64,000 nt of DNA from Eledone cirrhosa (taxonomy: Eukaryota). Shown here in pieces: positions 25,508 through 38,234 of this stretch (position 1 is the stretch's first letter; each line of letters opens with the position of its first letter). Under the pieces are notes generated by a model that saw only the letters and a program-made list of their open reading frames with translations, made no database searches and had not been told where the DNA came from. The position numbers and the translations under genes were made by a program. The stretch spans positions 23,064,001 to 23,128,000 of the forward strand of contig OZ024747.1 in NCBI GenBank assembly GCA_964016885.1, written 5' to 3'.

Positions 25508-25571
25508 ATTTTGTCTGAGGAAGGCATAACATATTGTTAATATGATATCCCTGAAATATATATAATGAAAT
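25508..25571 (+). ncRNA. Type-I hammerhead ribozyme (family B)
   Basis: ATTTTGT-CTGAGGA-AGG...CCT-GAA-ATATATAT-A-ATGAAAT. Confidence 0.78.
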
Positions 25572-25793
25572 AAATATGGTTTTATAAATATAGTTTCCAT
25601 TTATTTAATATCGTAAATATACTCCAAATACTTGTTGAGTGCTTTTATATCAGTTATAAATATTTACTAGTTGTAACCCAACAATTTAAATATAACTTTC
25701 CATATATATATATATTATGAAATACTGTGTGCTTCTTGCTCATAATAATTTCTATACTTTTTATTTATATATATTTATTAAAATACAGATTAA

Positions 25794-25843
25794 AGTTTAA
25801 GCAAAGAATCGCTGCTTTCACCCTTAACGGGATCTTCTGAAAC
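25794..25843 (-). ncRNA. Hammerhead variant (CAGAAGA core), inverted copy
   Basis: Part of a ~73-bp inverted repeat with 26587-26661. Confidence 0.6.
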
Positions 25844-26235
25844 GTCTCCGAACATAAGTGTATTTACATGTAGGTATGTGTGCGCGCTTGTTATAGACGT
25901 ATTTGTTTATTTATTTATTTATTTATATACGTTTATTTAATTATATGTATACACACACACATATATATTTTTATATATATGTTTATGTGTATTTGGTGTA
26001 TACATTCGTACGCGTGCGGGTACAGGCGTTGCGTGTGTTCTGTATGTGCATGCGGTTTTTTTTTTTTGTGTACGTGCGTATATTTTTATACCTATGGGGA
26101 GTGTTTCCACGTATGCTTGTGTATGTACGTATATGTGGATGCGTGTATGTATTTATTTAATTTCATTTACCTCTGTATTTTATTTACTTTATTCTTAACT
26201 CTGAAGCCGAGAATCTTTCGGTTTCCTAGTTAGAA

Positions 26236-26512
26236 TTTTAGTCTACAACTTCAGTTATACCATTTACGTGGTTTTGTCTTTGCGTGCAATTGTTCTCCCG
26301 CTCCACATACGACGTATTATCTTCGTTTTTTTCGTTCATTGCCAGAGAATGTCTCTATGAACCACCTAAGAGAACATTAGGCTACGACTTCTTTTATACC
26401 ATAAACGTGGTTCTGTCTTTGCGTGTAATTGTTTTTCCCCGCTCCAAATAATGACGTATTATATTCGTTTTTCCCCGTTCTTTGCCAGGGAACGTCTCCA
26501 CGAACCAAAGTA
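26236..26512. repeat. Diverged ~140-bp tandem duplication
   Basis: TATACCAT..ACGTGGTT.TGTCTTTGCGTG.AATTGTT..CCCGCTCCA occurs twice. Confidence 0.8.
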
Positions 26513-26585
26513 TCGTCTTCCTGTCTTCCCCCGGTTGCTACGTTTTTTGAAATATTCACTTCTGCGTTCACAGATTGACTTTGTT

Positions 26586-26636
26586 AGTTTCAGAAGATCC
26601 CGTTAAGGGTGAAAGCAGCGATTCTTTGCTTAAACT
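26586..26636 (+). ncRNA. Type-I hammerhead variant (U4A core)
   Basis: AGTTT-CAGAAGA-tCCC GTTAA GGGt-GAA-AGCA..TGCT-T-AAACT, then AATAAA. Confidence 0.65.
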
Positions 26637-26747
26637 TTAATCTGTTATTTTAATAAATATTTGCTCTACGGTTCTTATATATTTGATATATATATTTATC
26701 CTTATCGAGCCCTCTTTGGATTTTAGTCTTCAAATTTATTATTATTA

Positions 26748-26794
<47 letters not shown>

Positions 26795-27659
26795 CTGCAT
26801 GTATTTATGTGTTTGTATGTATATATATATGTGTGTGCATGTATTTGTGTGTGTGTATGTATATATGTGTGTGTGCGTGCATGGATTTGTGTTTTTATGT
26901 ATATAGATGTGTGTGCATGTATTTGTGTTTGTATGTATGTGTGTGTGTGTGTGTGTGTGCATGTATTTGTGTTTGTATGTATATATATATATGTGTGTGT
27001 GCATGTATTTATGTGTGTTTGTATGTACACGTGTGTGTGCATGTATTTATATATGTGTGTATGTACATATAAATTTGTATGTATATGTGTGTGTGTGCAT
27101 GTATTTATATATGTGTGTGTTTGTATGTATATATATATGTGTATGAATATATATATATATATGTGTGTGTGTATATATATATATAACAGAGAGAGAGTGA
27201 TGTGTATATATGTATTTATATAGATGTGAATGTATTTGTGATTTTAATAAATCATTGATTTTCGTATGATTTTTGCTTTCGTTCGACCTGCTAGTAATAG
27301 CAGTCACAATTCTCTTAAATCATAGTTTGTCGCCTTTAAAAAGAATTATATATTAAAGTAGTTATTTATACCCGAAAAAAAAAAAAAAAAAAGGACGGGA
27401 TGGTCACGACTGAAATACCTTTGATCATAGGACAACTCGATTAGCACTGACCTGGGTGTAAACAGCGGATTTCACCGTTAGAACGAAAGAAGTGCTGACC
27501 TCTAGCAGCCGTCCTCTACATACACAGGGATCCAAAGCTCCTCTTGAAAAATTTTTTTTTTCTGCCGGTAAACACACTTTCTCTCAATCACTAATACATC
27601 CTAAATATATACATGCCTCTTCCTTAGCACTGACTGGTGAAACGATAGAGAACAATATA

Positions 27660-27697
<38 letters not shown>

Positions 27698-27710
27698 CCA
27701 GCCGAAATAC

Positions 27711-28254
27711 GATTCTCGCTGAATTTATTGTATATATATGGCATACGTCAAGACGGGCGGTCTCAAAAGTGAAACTAATTTTTGACAGTTACGATTATGA
27801 AATTGTTTTTTTTTTTTTTTACAACAGGTCTCAATAGTGAAAGTATAATGCAGACACACGCAATTGTATGGATTTCTTAATATATATATATGTGTGGGTG
27901 TGTATATGTGTGTATATATATGTGTGTTTGTGTGTATATATATGTGTATGTATATATATATATATATATATATTTATGCACACATACACATTTGTATGAA
28001 TTTGTAGATGTATATATATATACATACACACACACATATATACACACATATACACACCCACATATATATATATATTAAGAAATCCATACAATTGCGTGTG
28101 TCTGCATTATACTTTCACTATTGAGACCTGTTGTAAAAAAACAAACAAATTCACAATCGTAACTGTCAAAAATTAGTTTCACTTTTGAGACCGCCCGTCT
28201 TGACGTATGCCTTTATATATATATATATATATATATATAAATTCAGCGAGAATT
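27711..28254. repeat. ~220-bp inverted duplication around a microsatellite
   Basis: About 27711-27930 versus 28030-28254, including the microsatellite portions. Confidence 0.9.
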
Positions 28255-28287
28255 TCAAATGACCAAGTTCCGTAAGATCCTGGTGAC

Positions 28288-28618
28288 ATCATCAATACGT
28301 CCGCTTTTTCCCTGCTTGCAAGGGTGGGACGGGAACTGATTCTGGCTTGATTTCTACAGCTGGATGCCCTTCCTAACACCAACCTCATTTACAGTGAGTG
28401 CTGGGTGCTTTTTTGCCGTGGCACCTCCACGACCACTTTGCAGTGGAATGATATGGACCCCAGTCCTATCATCTCATTTCTACAGCTGAGTAAACTGGAG
28501 CAATGTGAAATAAAGTGTCTTGCTCAAGGAAACAACACATCACCCGGTCTGAGAATTGAACTCAGAACTTTTCGATTGCAAGGCCAATGCTCTCTAACCA
28601 CTAAGCCATGTGCCTCCA
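28288..28618 (-). mobile_element. CORE-SINE-like element
   Basis: Near-identical to 18886-19217 and 61096-61455. Confidence 0.88.
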
Positions 28619-28924
28619 TATATATATATGTGTGTGTGTGTGTGTCTATATGTATATATATGCTCCATAAATATATGGATCAGATGTTACTAGTTATATG
28701 ACAAATAAGACCATTATACCACTTGGCACCTGATACTTTAATGAAAGTAGAATGTAGTTATTTCCATGTAAATCCAACAGTCAAACTTACATGTAAAGAA
28801 TTATAAACATGGCAGCAGCAGGCCACATTTTCCCAGGGTTTTCTTTTTTTGGGGGCTATTATTTATAGCGACCCACCGTTGTTACTGCTATTTGGCTTCG
28901 TTTGTGATTCCCATATTTTCACAT

Positions 28925-29433
28925 ATATATATGTAATGTATGTATGTGTGTGTGTATATATGTGTGTGTGTAGTATATATATGTGTGTAGTATATATGTG
29001 TGTAGTATATATATGTGTGTGTGTAGTATATATATATGTGTGTGTATATGTGTTTATATATGTGTGTATATGTGTTTATATATGTGTGTGTATATGTGTT
29101 TATATATGTGTATATGTGTTTATATATGTGTGTATGTATGTGTGTTTGTATGTATGTGTGTGTAGTATATATATATATATGTGTGTTTATATATGTGTAT
29201 GTATGTGTGTTTATATATGTGTGTGTATATGTGTCTGTGTTTATATATATGTGTATATGTGTCTGTGTTTATATATATATGTGTATATGTGTGTGTTTAT
29301 ATGTATATATGTGTGTGTTTATATATATATATGTGTATATATGTGTGTGTGTGTATATCTATATATATATTTATGTGTATATATGTGTGTGTGTGTATAT
29401 CTATATATATATTTATGTGTATGGATATGTGTG

Positions 29434-29474
<41 letters not shown>

Positions 29475-29530
29475 ATATGTATATATATATATATATATAA
29501 ATATGGATGTTTATATATATATTTATATGT
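28925..29530. repeat. TA/TG microsatellite
   Basis: Direct inspection. Confidence 0.95.
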
Positions 29531-29531
29531 A

Positions 29532-29838
29532 CTAGCAGAAAAATCACCCTTCGGGTGGTTTTCTACTAGCATGTCTAGTGTGTATATTGATATTATACGC
29601 AAGTATATATACATGTAGATATGATGCATCAAATAAAATCGTAATTGACAATATAAACAGAAATTGAACGAAGACTGTGTTACACTGTCTTATGTAATCA
29701 GTAACGTAATCCATGATACATTAAAAAAAGACGATGTTATATATAAACTGCATTAGGAGAAAATTAGTATGTTTATTTAAGTGATTGCCACCGGAAGTGT
29801 TGACATCACACACTCTCTCTTTCTATATATATGGTAGT
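29532..29838 (-). mobile_element. Possible non-autonomous Helitron (terminal hairpin plus CTAG|T on the minus strand)
   Basis: ACTAG followed by hairpin AGAAAAATCACCC-TTC-GGGTGGTTTTCT; the other end is uncertain. Confidence 0.35.
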
Positions 29839-29974
29839 TGAAGTGGTGGTGGTGGCAACGATATACGGGAAGTGCAACTTTGAAAAGAAGTCAATTTAAA
29901 ATTATTTATTTTTACGAAATTATTTTTATTTACGAAATTTAGTAGATAAATTATGTAATATTCATTCATTATTT

Positions 29975-30162
29975 ATGGATTGGCAGTATTGGTAGATGGT
30001 CGGGCGCCATGCTTTGACGTATAGAGTTACGGTCCTTTTCATTCTGAGTTCAAATCCCGCCGAGGTTTACTTTGCCTTTCATCCTTACGGGGTCGATAAA
30101 ATAAAGTACCAGTAATGCACTGGGTAATTGCTGGCCTTGTGCCAAAAGTAGAAACAATTATT
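29975..30162 (+). mobile_element. MetaSINE-like SINE, full-length
   Basis: A and B boxes, core, tail. Confidence 0.88.
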
Positions 30163-30762
30163 TATTCAAAGTAATCCAACTTATTTTAGTAATGGGATAA
30201 AAAAAAAAAAAAACGTACACAGTCCCGCAGACCTTCCTTTATTATAGTTTAGATGTGTATACATACATATAGATCTTCATTTATATGAAGTATTGGTGAC
30301 CTACATGATAAATGCATCCAGTACACACTGTAAAGTATTTGGTAATCAGAAGGGCATCTAGCTGTAGAAAGCTTGCCAGACAAAGTTTTGCAAGGACCCT
30401 TCAGTTGTGTCAAGGACATGACAACCTCCTTAGTGCTCGCCCCATGATAAAATGCACCCAGTAGAGTCCTGAAGCCCATATCTCTTTTGAGAGCCCTGAT
30501 TAAGTTCTGACTTGGTCTGACATGATCCATCTAACCCTTGCCAACAAGGAAAACAGAAGTTAAATGATGATGATAATGATATTATTCTTTTATTATCCAT
30601 TTGACTGGATATATATGTATTTATATTCAGTCATTAGACTGGCCATACTGGAGTTACCACCTAAACACCTGGAATATATCTATCTATCTATAATATCTAT
30701 ATATATTAGGGAGAGAGAGAGAATAGGAAGTCAGATTTGCAGCTTGTTATGAAACTTTATTG

Positions 30763-30846
30763 ATATTGCAACTGTTTCGATATTGATCAGCATGGGTTTG
30801 ATCAGGTGATCAGAACCGGACTCTTAATCGACACCTCTTCAGATAT
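30763..30846 (-). ncRNA. Degenerate hammerhead motif plus AATAAA
   Basis: ATAT-CTGAAGA-GGTGTCGATT...GATCAATATC-GAA-ACAGTTGC-A-ATAT-C-AATAAA. Confidence 0.5.
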
Positions 30847-31200
30847 GAGTTTACATGGGTAGTCACATCTAAACAAGTTACTCACATCATCATCCAGTGG
30901 CCTCAGTCGAAATGGACGCAACAAATGATCTCCACGTGAGTCTGTCGTTCATAGGCATTGCCAAGTCCTGGATTTCAATACCAGAATTTCTAGAGATGAC
31001 ATCGGGGTGGTATATATATATATATATTGTGCCTAGTATTTATTTCATTCTACATTTTACTGATTGGCTAAGTTACTATTTTGACTCAACATTTTTGTTT
31101 TTGTTATTTATTTTGTACCCATTATATCTGAAGATGTGAAAGCTAAATCATGACTTATAAACCCTAATATTCAATCTAATTTCCACACCTTTTTCAGTAG

Positions 31201-31410
31201 TTTAACACTTTATCATTTACATTATACTCTATATATATACTATTGTATATGTACCTCACATGATTATCTCACATAATATCGAATCTACAAGATTTCGATG
31301 TTATTTATTTTGAGAATAATACCTTAACAGCAGTATGAGCAGCCAGTTACAGCCGGTTTGAACAGAAAGAGGCGAGAGAATTCTGGCCAGAAACAGCCAG
31401 TTTAGTTAAC
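31201..31410 (-). mobile_element. piggyBac-like MITE
   Basis: Matches the 6026-6254 family. Confidence 0.75.
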
Positions 31411-32687
31411 AGTTCTTTCATCTCAAGAGGTGAATGGGTGGTAGTAGCACCAGTCGATTACCACAACAGAAATTGAATGGAAGATTTCTCTGGGAGCTTC
31501 TAAAGAATCTTTCCTTCAACCAACAGAATGAAACACATTTGTAACATTTCTCATCCATCTTTCTCACATAGTTTATTTCATCTTTATTTTTATTAGATCA
31601 TCAATTGTCTGATGTATTGTTTGTCGAGTTAAAATTATATCAATAATAGTGATTATTTACTTTGAAGTTTCATCATTGCTAGATTTAATTAGATTAAATT
31701 TTCTTTATATATAGTAGTAATTTAGTATAGGAAAGAGGTCATGAGTAAATTGAAGCACAAAGGGTGTCTTTTTTTTTCTTCTTTCCTTCATGTTACTTGT
31801 GCCAAGTTGTATCGGCCTTGGACAACATCAGTGTCATGAAGAGGGGAGACTGGAAAGCATGGACAAGTGCTGGTCTTCCACAAAAACACTTTGCCCAGGC
31901 TTGTGCCTCAGAGAGGAACTTTCTATTTTCAAACCCATGGTTTGTCATGACTGCCGGGAGCCCATTTTTTTTTTTTTAAAGGTTATCTTATGTATATGTT
32001 GATAGATAGAAATGTGTTGAAATATATCGTAAATTAATACAGTTCTGGTAACCAGTGTAAAGTTATACTTTGTTTCACTATTCATCCTGAAAAATAATTC
32101 CTTGTCCTTGAAATTTCTGATATGTCTGGTTATCCACTTGGCAATACAGTTTCAAACACAGCCACTCACACACATATATATATATATATAAACATATGCA
32201 ATAAAGTTAGGTTGAGTAATTTCATTAACTATATATGCTTTCTATTTTCTAGAATCTCAAAAGCTGTTCAACTTTTCCCATTAACAAGAGAGAAATCATG
32301 TTTGCCACAAAAACTAGCATATTATTCTGTCTTAAATTGCCTCATATCTTTAAATCTAATGTTGCATTGGAAACAGTAACCCCCCCCCCCCTCCTCCTCA
32401 TCACCCAGAAGCCATAACTGGCCTTTTTTTTTTTTTTTTTTCAACTGACAGAAAAACAGATTGACTGAGAGACACGGTACATCATCTAAACTCCCTGTTC
32501 AACTTAGCTAGAGGCTTCACATTTATTCACTTACTTTCATTTACAACACATATTCTCCCAAGTTTTCTCATTATCACAGTGCTGAAATCCTGTCTTGTCT
32601 AGTACATGTATATTATTTACATTCTATTCGTTCTGCTATTGTCTTTTATTTATTTTTCACAGCGTTGTTTAGAAGGAGGAGAACATA

Positions 32688-33539
32688 TCTATATATTAAT
32701 TTCAACAATGTCATTATTCCGTGTGTCATAATTCTCGATTATCATTGGGTTAAAGGTTTCAAACGACTCCGCCCACCTCAACGACGCCATTAATATGCAT
32801 AATTAATATGCATAATGCCAATGAGGGAGTGAGAGGGGAGAGTAAGAAACAGAGAGGCAAAGTGAACTCTGTAACTATTACCATGTGTATATGTACGTGC
32901 ACGTGTGTTTCTGTGTGTGCGTGTAGCGTTCCACAGAAAGTAAAAGCAATTCGACTTTATCAAACAGTGAACTACAGCGGCGACGGCGTGCAGCCAAGAA
33001 TGAAGAAAAATGGGCCGACACAGTGCCATCGGAATGCCGAACTTCAGAGGCGAAGACGTGCCGCCATGAATAAAGAGGAGCTGGCTGAACAACGCCAACA
33101 AAACACTGGAGCCAAGCAGCGACGGCGTGCTGCGATGGTTGAAGACGAACTGGCTGAGCATCATCTTTTATATTAATTATCTATATCTATATCTACATAT
33201 AATATAAAAGATTGGAACTTCCATCATCCTTTTGAGAAACGTGGAACAACCACATCTATGCAATGATACACGTTTTACAGTCAGGCAGAAGATGAACCAT
33301 CTCCTAGAGGTCACTATTCTAGGTGGGAGCACCTAGAATTGTTCATATACTAAGCACAAACGGTACAACGAAGAATCTGGTATATCTGGAAGATTTTTTT
33401 TTACTGTTTTCTGTATCACACAGACACCACGGACTCGCCTCATACTGTAACCAGACAAACATCCAATACAGTCATTTTCTCTTTTACCTGTCTTCTCTTA
33501 TCATCTGTTTACCCAGGCAGAGCTGGGTACGTCAGCTAG
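32688..33539 (+). mobile_element. Non-autonomous Helitron retaining Rep/Hel N- and C-terminal scraps
   Basis: A|TC start; RRRRAAM..EELAE repeats; (SR)VGAPRIVHILSTNGTTKNLVY helicase C-terminus; hairpin ACCCAGGC-AGA-GCTGGGT then CTAG|T. Confidence 0.8.
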
Positions 33540-34547
33540 TATAAATTAAAAGGAAAATTACTCTTACACACAAGATTTGATTCTCTGTCTTAAGAGGATA
33601 TATTACCTATCTTTTAAACATTCTCTGCTCAAATCTCAATAGCCAAAAGTGATGTTTTTTCCCCTTTTAGTTTACAAGTAACTTTTTTATTTATTTCTGA
33701 GTTTCATTAGTCCTGTTTCTATCTGTTGTCTGGTTTGTACATCACTTAACTAATTTTTGGAAATAATCTCTCTATTATGTTTACCATGTAACTTTTCTTG
33801 AAAGGTTTACCAAGCCCCCCTCAATGTTTTGTATTTCTGTAATCTTCTCTAATAGTGCAAGGGAAGCGTTTAGTTTGTTGTGTTTTTTTTTTCTGTTTTG
33901 ACAGGAAGTCTACTGTCAATTTTTTGGGGGGTTGTATATTAATGTAATTCCTTTCTCCCCCAGCTAAGATAAACTGAAAAATAAATGAATATTTGAATGG
34001 CCATAAAATATATTTTTGTAATAAATTTTATGCATCTAAGTCATGCAAGCATAGAAAAAGCAACATTAGAAAGATGGAATTGTCAGATAACAGTTGTAAA
34101 GACTGGTATTGATGTGCTATTAAAGTAAATTGAAAATATTATTTACTTAAGATATTAGCTTAGCTGCTGTAGTGTCTATCCATTGCAAAATTGCCATGAT
34201 ACTTCTGAAAAGGTGAAGAATATATTGGGTAGTGTTTTTTTCCTTATTTAATAGGTTTTCTTGTGTGCAATGTTACTTTATATATGTCCAAATAAAATAA
34301 ATAATAGTTTCTAGTATGATTTGTTGAATTTTAAGATTTTAATTATCTCATTTAAAGGATATTTATTTCAAATCTTATTTTTGTATAAGATTTAGTGATA
34401 ATTTTTTTGTGATTTACATAAAATAAGACATTATTGCAGATTGTGGATTAAAATTAAATAATAATTTGATATGAAAATGTACTTTTGGTAAATGTTCATC
34501 TGAAAACGTCTAAAAATCCCATACCCGATATTTATGATTAGTTGTTC

Positions 34548-34880
34548 ATCATCATCATCATTTTTATGTCTGCTTTTCCATGATTGCATGTGTTGGATGG
34601 GTCTTTCTCAGCATGGCATCTCTCTACTTGTCATGTTCCTTCATCTCTTCTGCCAGTCTTAGCAATTTGAGGTCAGCTCTCACAACCTCTTCCCAGGCCC
34701 TTCTTGGTCATCCTCTACTGCAGCTTCTTTCCACTGGGATTTTCTGGCATTTCTTCATCAGTCATTGTCCATGTGCATCACAAGTCCATACCAACGCAGT
34801 CTTCTCTCCTGCATACCACCTCGGATTCCCCTTAAACCCAGCTTCTCCCCCATCTTGTTAAAGATCTGCCTTTCTCTCGC
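34548..34880 (-). mobile_element. RTE LINE 3' fragment
   Basis: Minus strand MQERRLRWYGLV; (GAT)n tail. Confidence 0.75.
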
Positions 34881-35944
34881 ATGTTTCTGTTCCATATTGT
34901 TTTAGTTAATCACTAATTTAGTGTTAAATATAATCAATATTTTTGTTCGAAATGAGGAAAATCTGTTTTGAAAACATATCTTACAAGTAAAAAACTTAAT
35001 GAGCCCCTATTATTCTGAGAGAAAATAGGACCCATAGATTTGGAACTTGATTATTATTTGAGTAATTTAATCCTTTCATTACCATATTTCCAATGAAAGA
35101 CACTGCCTATCCATATTAAAACTGAAGTGTAGCTGTGAGGATTATGAATTTTTTAAGAGTAGTTAAAATAAAAATAATTAGTTTATGAATAAAAAAAAAC
35201 AACATTGATTAAACAAACTTCAACCAACAACATGGCTGTATCTTTTCTGATTTCCACCCAATTTAAAAATAAACTAAAAACAGTGTAGATAAATAATATC
35301 AAAACATCAAAAAATTGATATTTAAAATAAAATTTATTTCACCCCAGTGCAGTGCTGGAATCTTAACTCCTTTAAAATGAAAGACAAAAACCAAAAAAAA
35401 ATGCATGTGTTGTTTTACTGTGTTTCTTCGTTTATATATTAGAAAACACATTAGAAGTGTTAAAAAATGTAATTGCTTAGAGTTGAGAGTCATTTAAAAG
35501 TAATTACTATTCTTAATTATTTCAATCTTACTTCAAACATACATTTTGAATTAGCTTTATAATTTAAGCATTAAGATTTAATTTATTCTCGTTCTTCATG
35601 AGAAGGAAACAAAAATGAATAAATAAACAAACAAGAATTTAAGAAATATCAACTTTATCTATCTACAGAGAATTTTCTGATAAAACCAACAAACTGCCTC
35701 TGGTTTCATAATATAAAGCTGTTTATCATAATTTTATGTAAAAATAGTGTTTTATTAAAAGGCTACCACAATACAAATTGGATGCTAATAACTAAAAATC
35801 TGATGATGAATATAGTGATGTTACTTCACGTTGTTTTGTGGTCCTTATATTTTGGGGATAAAATCTCTTCAATTAAAAAAGAATTGAAGCAGGATATATT
35901 TTTTTGAAACTCTTAAGTAAAAAAAAATTTTGTTAAGTTATGCT

Positions 35945-36968
35945 TTAACCCTTTAGCATTTACATTACTCTATATATACTATTGTATTTTGTGGTAAAGA
36001 CTTTATCTTACATAATTATCTCACATAATATCAAATCTACGAGATTTCTATGTTATTTATTTTAAGTACATTACCTTAACATCAGTATTAGTGGCCAGTT
36101 ATAGTCAGTTTGAACAGAAAGAGGAGAGAAAATTCTAGCCGGATATGGCAGGTTTAAATGCTAAAGGGTAAAACAGCCACATCTGGCTAGAATTCTCTCA
36201 CCTCTTTCTGTTCAAATCGGCTGTAACCAGCCACTCATACTCAAAATAAATAATATCAAAATCTCATAGATTCGATATTATGTGAGGTAAAGCCTTTTAC
36301 CATAAAAATATAATAGTAATTATAGAGTAAGGTAAATGCTAAAGGGTTAACCCTTTAGCGTTTACATTACATAGAGGCACATGGCTTAGTGGTTAGAGCA
36401 TTGGCCTTGCAATAAAAAAGTTGTGAGTTCAATTCTCAGACTGGGTGATGTGTTGTTTCCTTGAGCAAGACATTTTATTTCACATTGCTCCAGTTTACTC
36501 AGCTGTAGAAATGAGATGATAGGGACTGGGGTCCCTATCATTCCACTGCAAAGTGGTTGTGGAGGTGCCACGGCAAACAAAGTACCCAGCCCACACTGTA
36601 AAGTGGACGTGTAGGCACCACAGCAAAAAAGCACTCAGCACTCACTGTAAATGAGGTTGGTGTTAGGAAGGGCATCTAGTTGTAGAAACAAGCCAGAATA
36701 AGTTGCCGTCCCACCCTTGCAAGCAGGGAAAAGCAGACGTAAAATGATGATGATGATGATTACTCTATATATACTATTGTATTTTTGTGGTAAAGCCTTT
36801 ACCTCACATAATTATCTCGCACAATATCGAATCTACAAGATTTTGATAGTATTTATTTTGAGAACAATACCTTAACATCAGTATGAGGGACTGGTTACAG
36901 CGGGTTTGAACAGAAAGAGGTGAGAGAATTCTGGCTGGATATGGCCAGTTTAAATGCTAAAGGGTTAA
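35945..36968. mobile_element. Three adjacent piggyBac-like MITEs in alternating orientation; the third is interrupted by a SINE
   Basis: TIRs at 35945, ~36170, shared TTAA at 36347-36350, and 36968. Confidence 0.85.
36371..36760 (+). mobile_element. CORE-SINE-like element with internal duplication
   Basis: Full head to (GAT)n tail; ATTAC duplicated at the junctions. Confidence 0.9.
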
Positions 36969-37524
36969 ACACCAATTTAAGATTAAGTAAGTTAAGTTAT
37001 TTTACTAAACCTCTCCAAATTCTTCATTATTGTCAAAATGATTTGAAAATCAGTGTCTTTCATTAGAAATATGGTAATGAATAGTTTAATACAAATTATC
37101 TTCTGTAACAAATTTTGTAGATTCATTTATTTAAATAGCACAGATACTCAGCAATGCATGACACCACATAAATAATGTTTTCTAGATAATTTCTATCTTC
37201 TCTGAAGACACAAATATGAACAGAGTTAGTCATTAATTCCTTGGGTCAATATTCAGATTATGATATATAAATACATGTATTATATTATATGTATGAATAA
37301 TGAAACTCAAGCAGGTTTTTTTTTCTTCTTTTCTTTGTTTGTATTTGTAGAAACATGTCAGAAGAATAAAATAACATAATTTTTCATTTTTGCTGTTTTT
37401 TTCCGTTAAATAAATAGATAAATATATATATATATATATATATATAATAACCCATCTAACCCATGCTAGCGTGGAAGATGGACGTCAAACGATGAATAAT
37501 AATAATAATAAAAAGGACGAAGTG

Positions 37525-37643
37525 TTAGATCTTCATTACATTTATTGAGGTGTTATGTGCGTTTCCCGATTGATCAGCTCAAGGCTCGATCTGTATCAAT
37601 CTGGCCTGACTCTGGAATCAAAGGCTTGTCGGATTTCTGTTAT

Positions 37644-37646
<3 letters not shown>
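37525..37646 (-). mobile_element. PLE-like terminal fragment (3' half of hammerhead plus AATAAA)
   Basis: Minus strand GATTGAT...ATCAATC-GG-GAAACGCACATA..AATAAA; abuts (TA)n. Confidence 0.4.
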
Positions 37647-37698
<52 letters not shown>

Positions 37699-38234
37699 CT
37701 CATGGGTACCTCTGGCCACTTTTTTCTATCTCTTAGGGGTAATTTACCCCTTGTTATTACAGTTGCTAAATTTTCATTTATATATAAGTACACATGCAAA
37801 CACACACAGACACATATTATTCCGTGGTTTAATTTTATTATCACACCCAAACCCTGTTTGTCAGCAGTTACTTTCCAGCAGTTACTTTACTTCACTTTTT
37901 CAACCTTTCTCATCAGGGAATGACTTTTTTCTTATTTGTATCAACTGATAATTTTGATATGTTATTGTTTTCGCAATTTTCTTGCACTGTGAGCCATTGT
38001 TCATAAATAAATGCCAGTCTGACTCAGTCAGAGAAGTTGTTTTTGCTAGGAAATAGTATCTTCTTTCATTATATATCCTGATACCATCATTACCCCCTGT
38101 CTCTCTGATAGGCTTCAACATCATGTTAACAACCATACATCAGTATAGGATGTTTATGATCCATTTGTATGTAGTGTATGTTACATTTGACCCTCTCATG
38201 ACTTTATATATAATGAAATACACTCTATTTTAAT

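Larger units (their letters stand above)
25202..25701 (+). mobile_element. PLE-like family B with a 172-bp fold-back carrying two opposed hammerheads
   Basis: Arms at 25263-25434 and 25441-25612; extra TA-centred palindrome at 25202-25287. Confidence 0.8.

Noticed and set aside
36375-36450. tRNA gene (A and B boxes)
   Set aside because: SINE head: continues into the CORE-like domain and RTE tail, is multi-copy, and has no proper cloverleaf
37890-37922. Minus-strand CTGATGAG..GAAA hammerhead-like match (also CTGAAGA at 37202 and 31128)
   Set aside because: No convincing stems I-III
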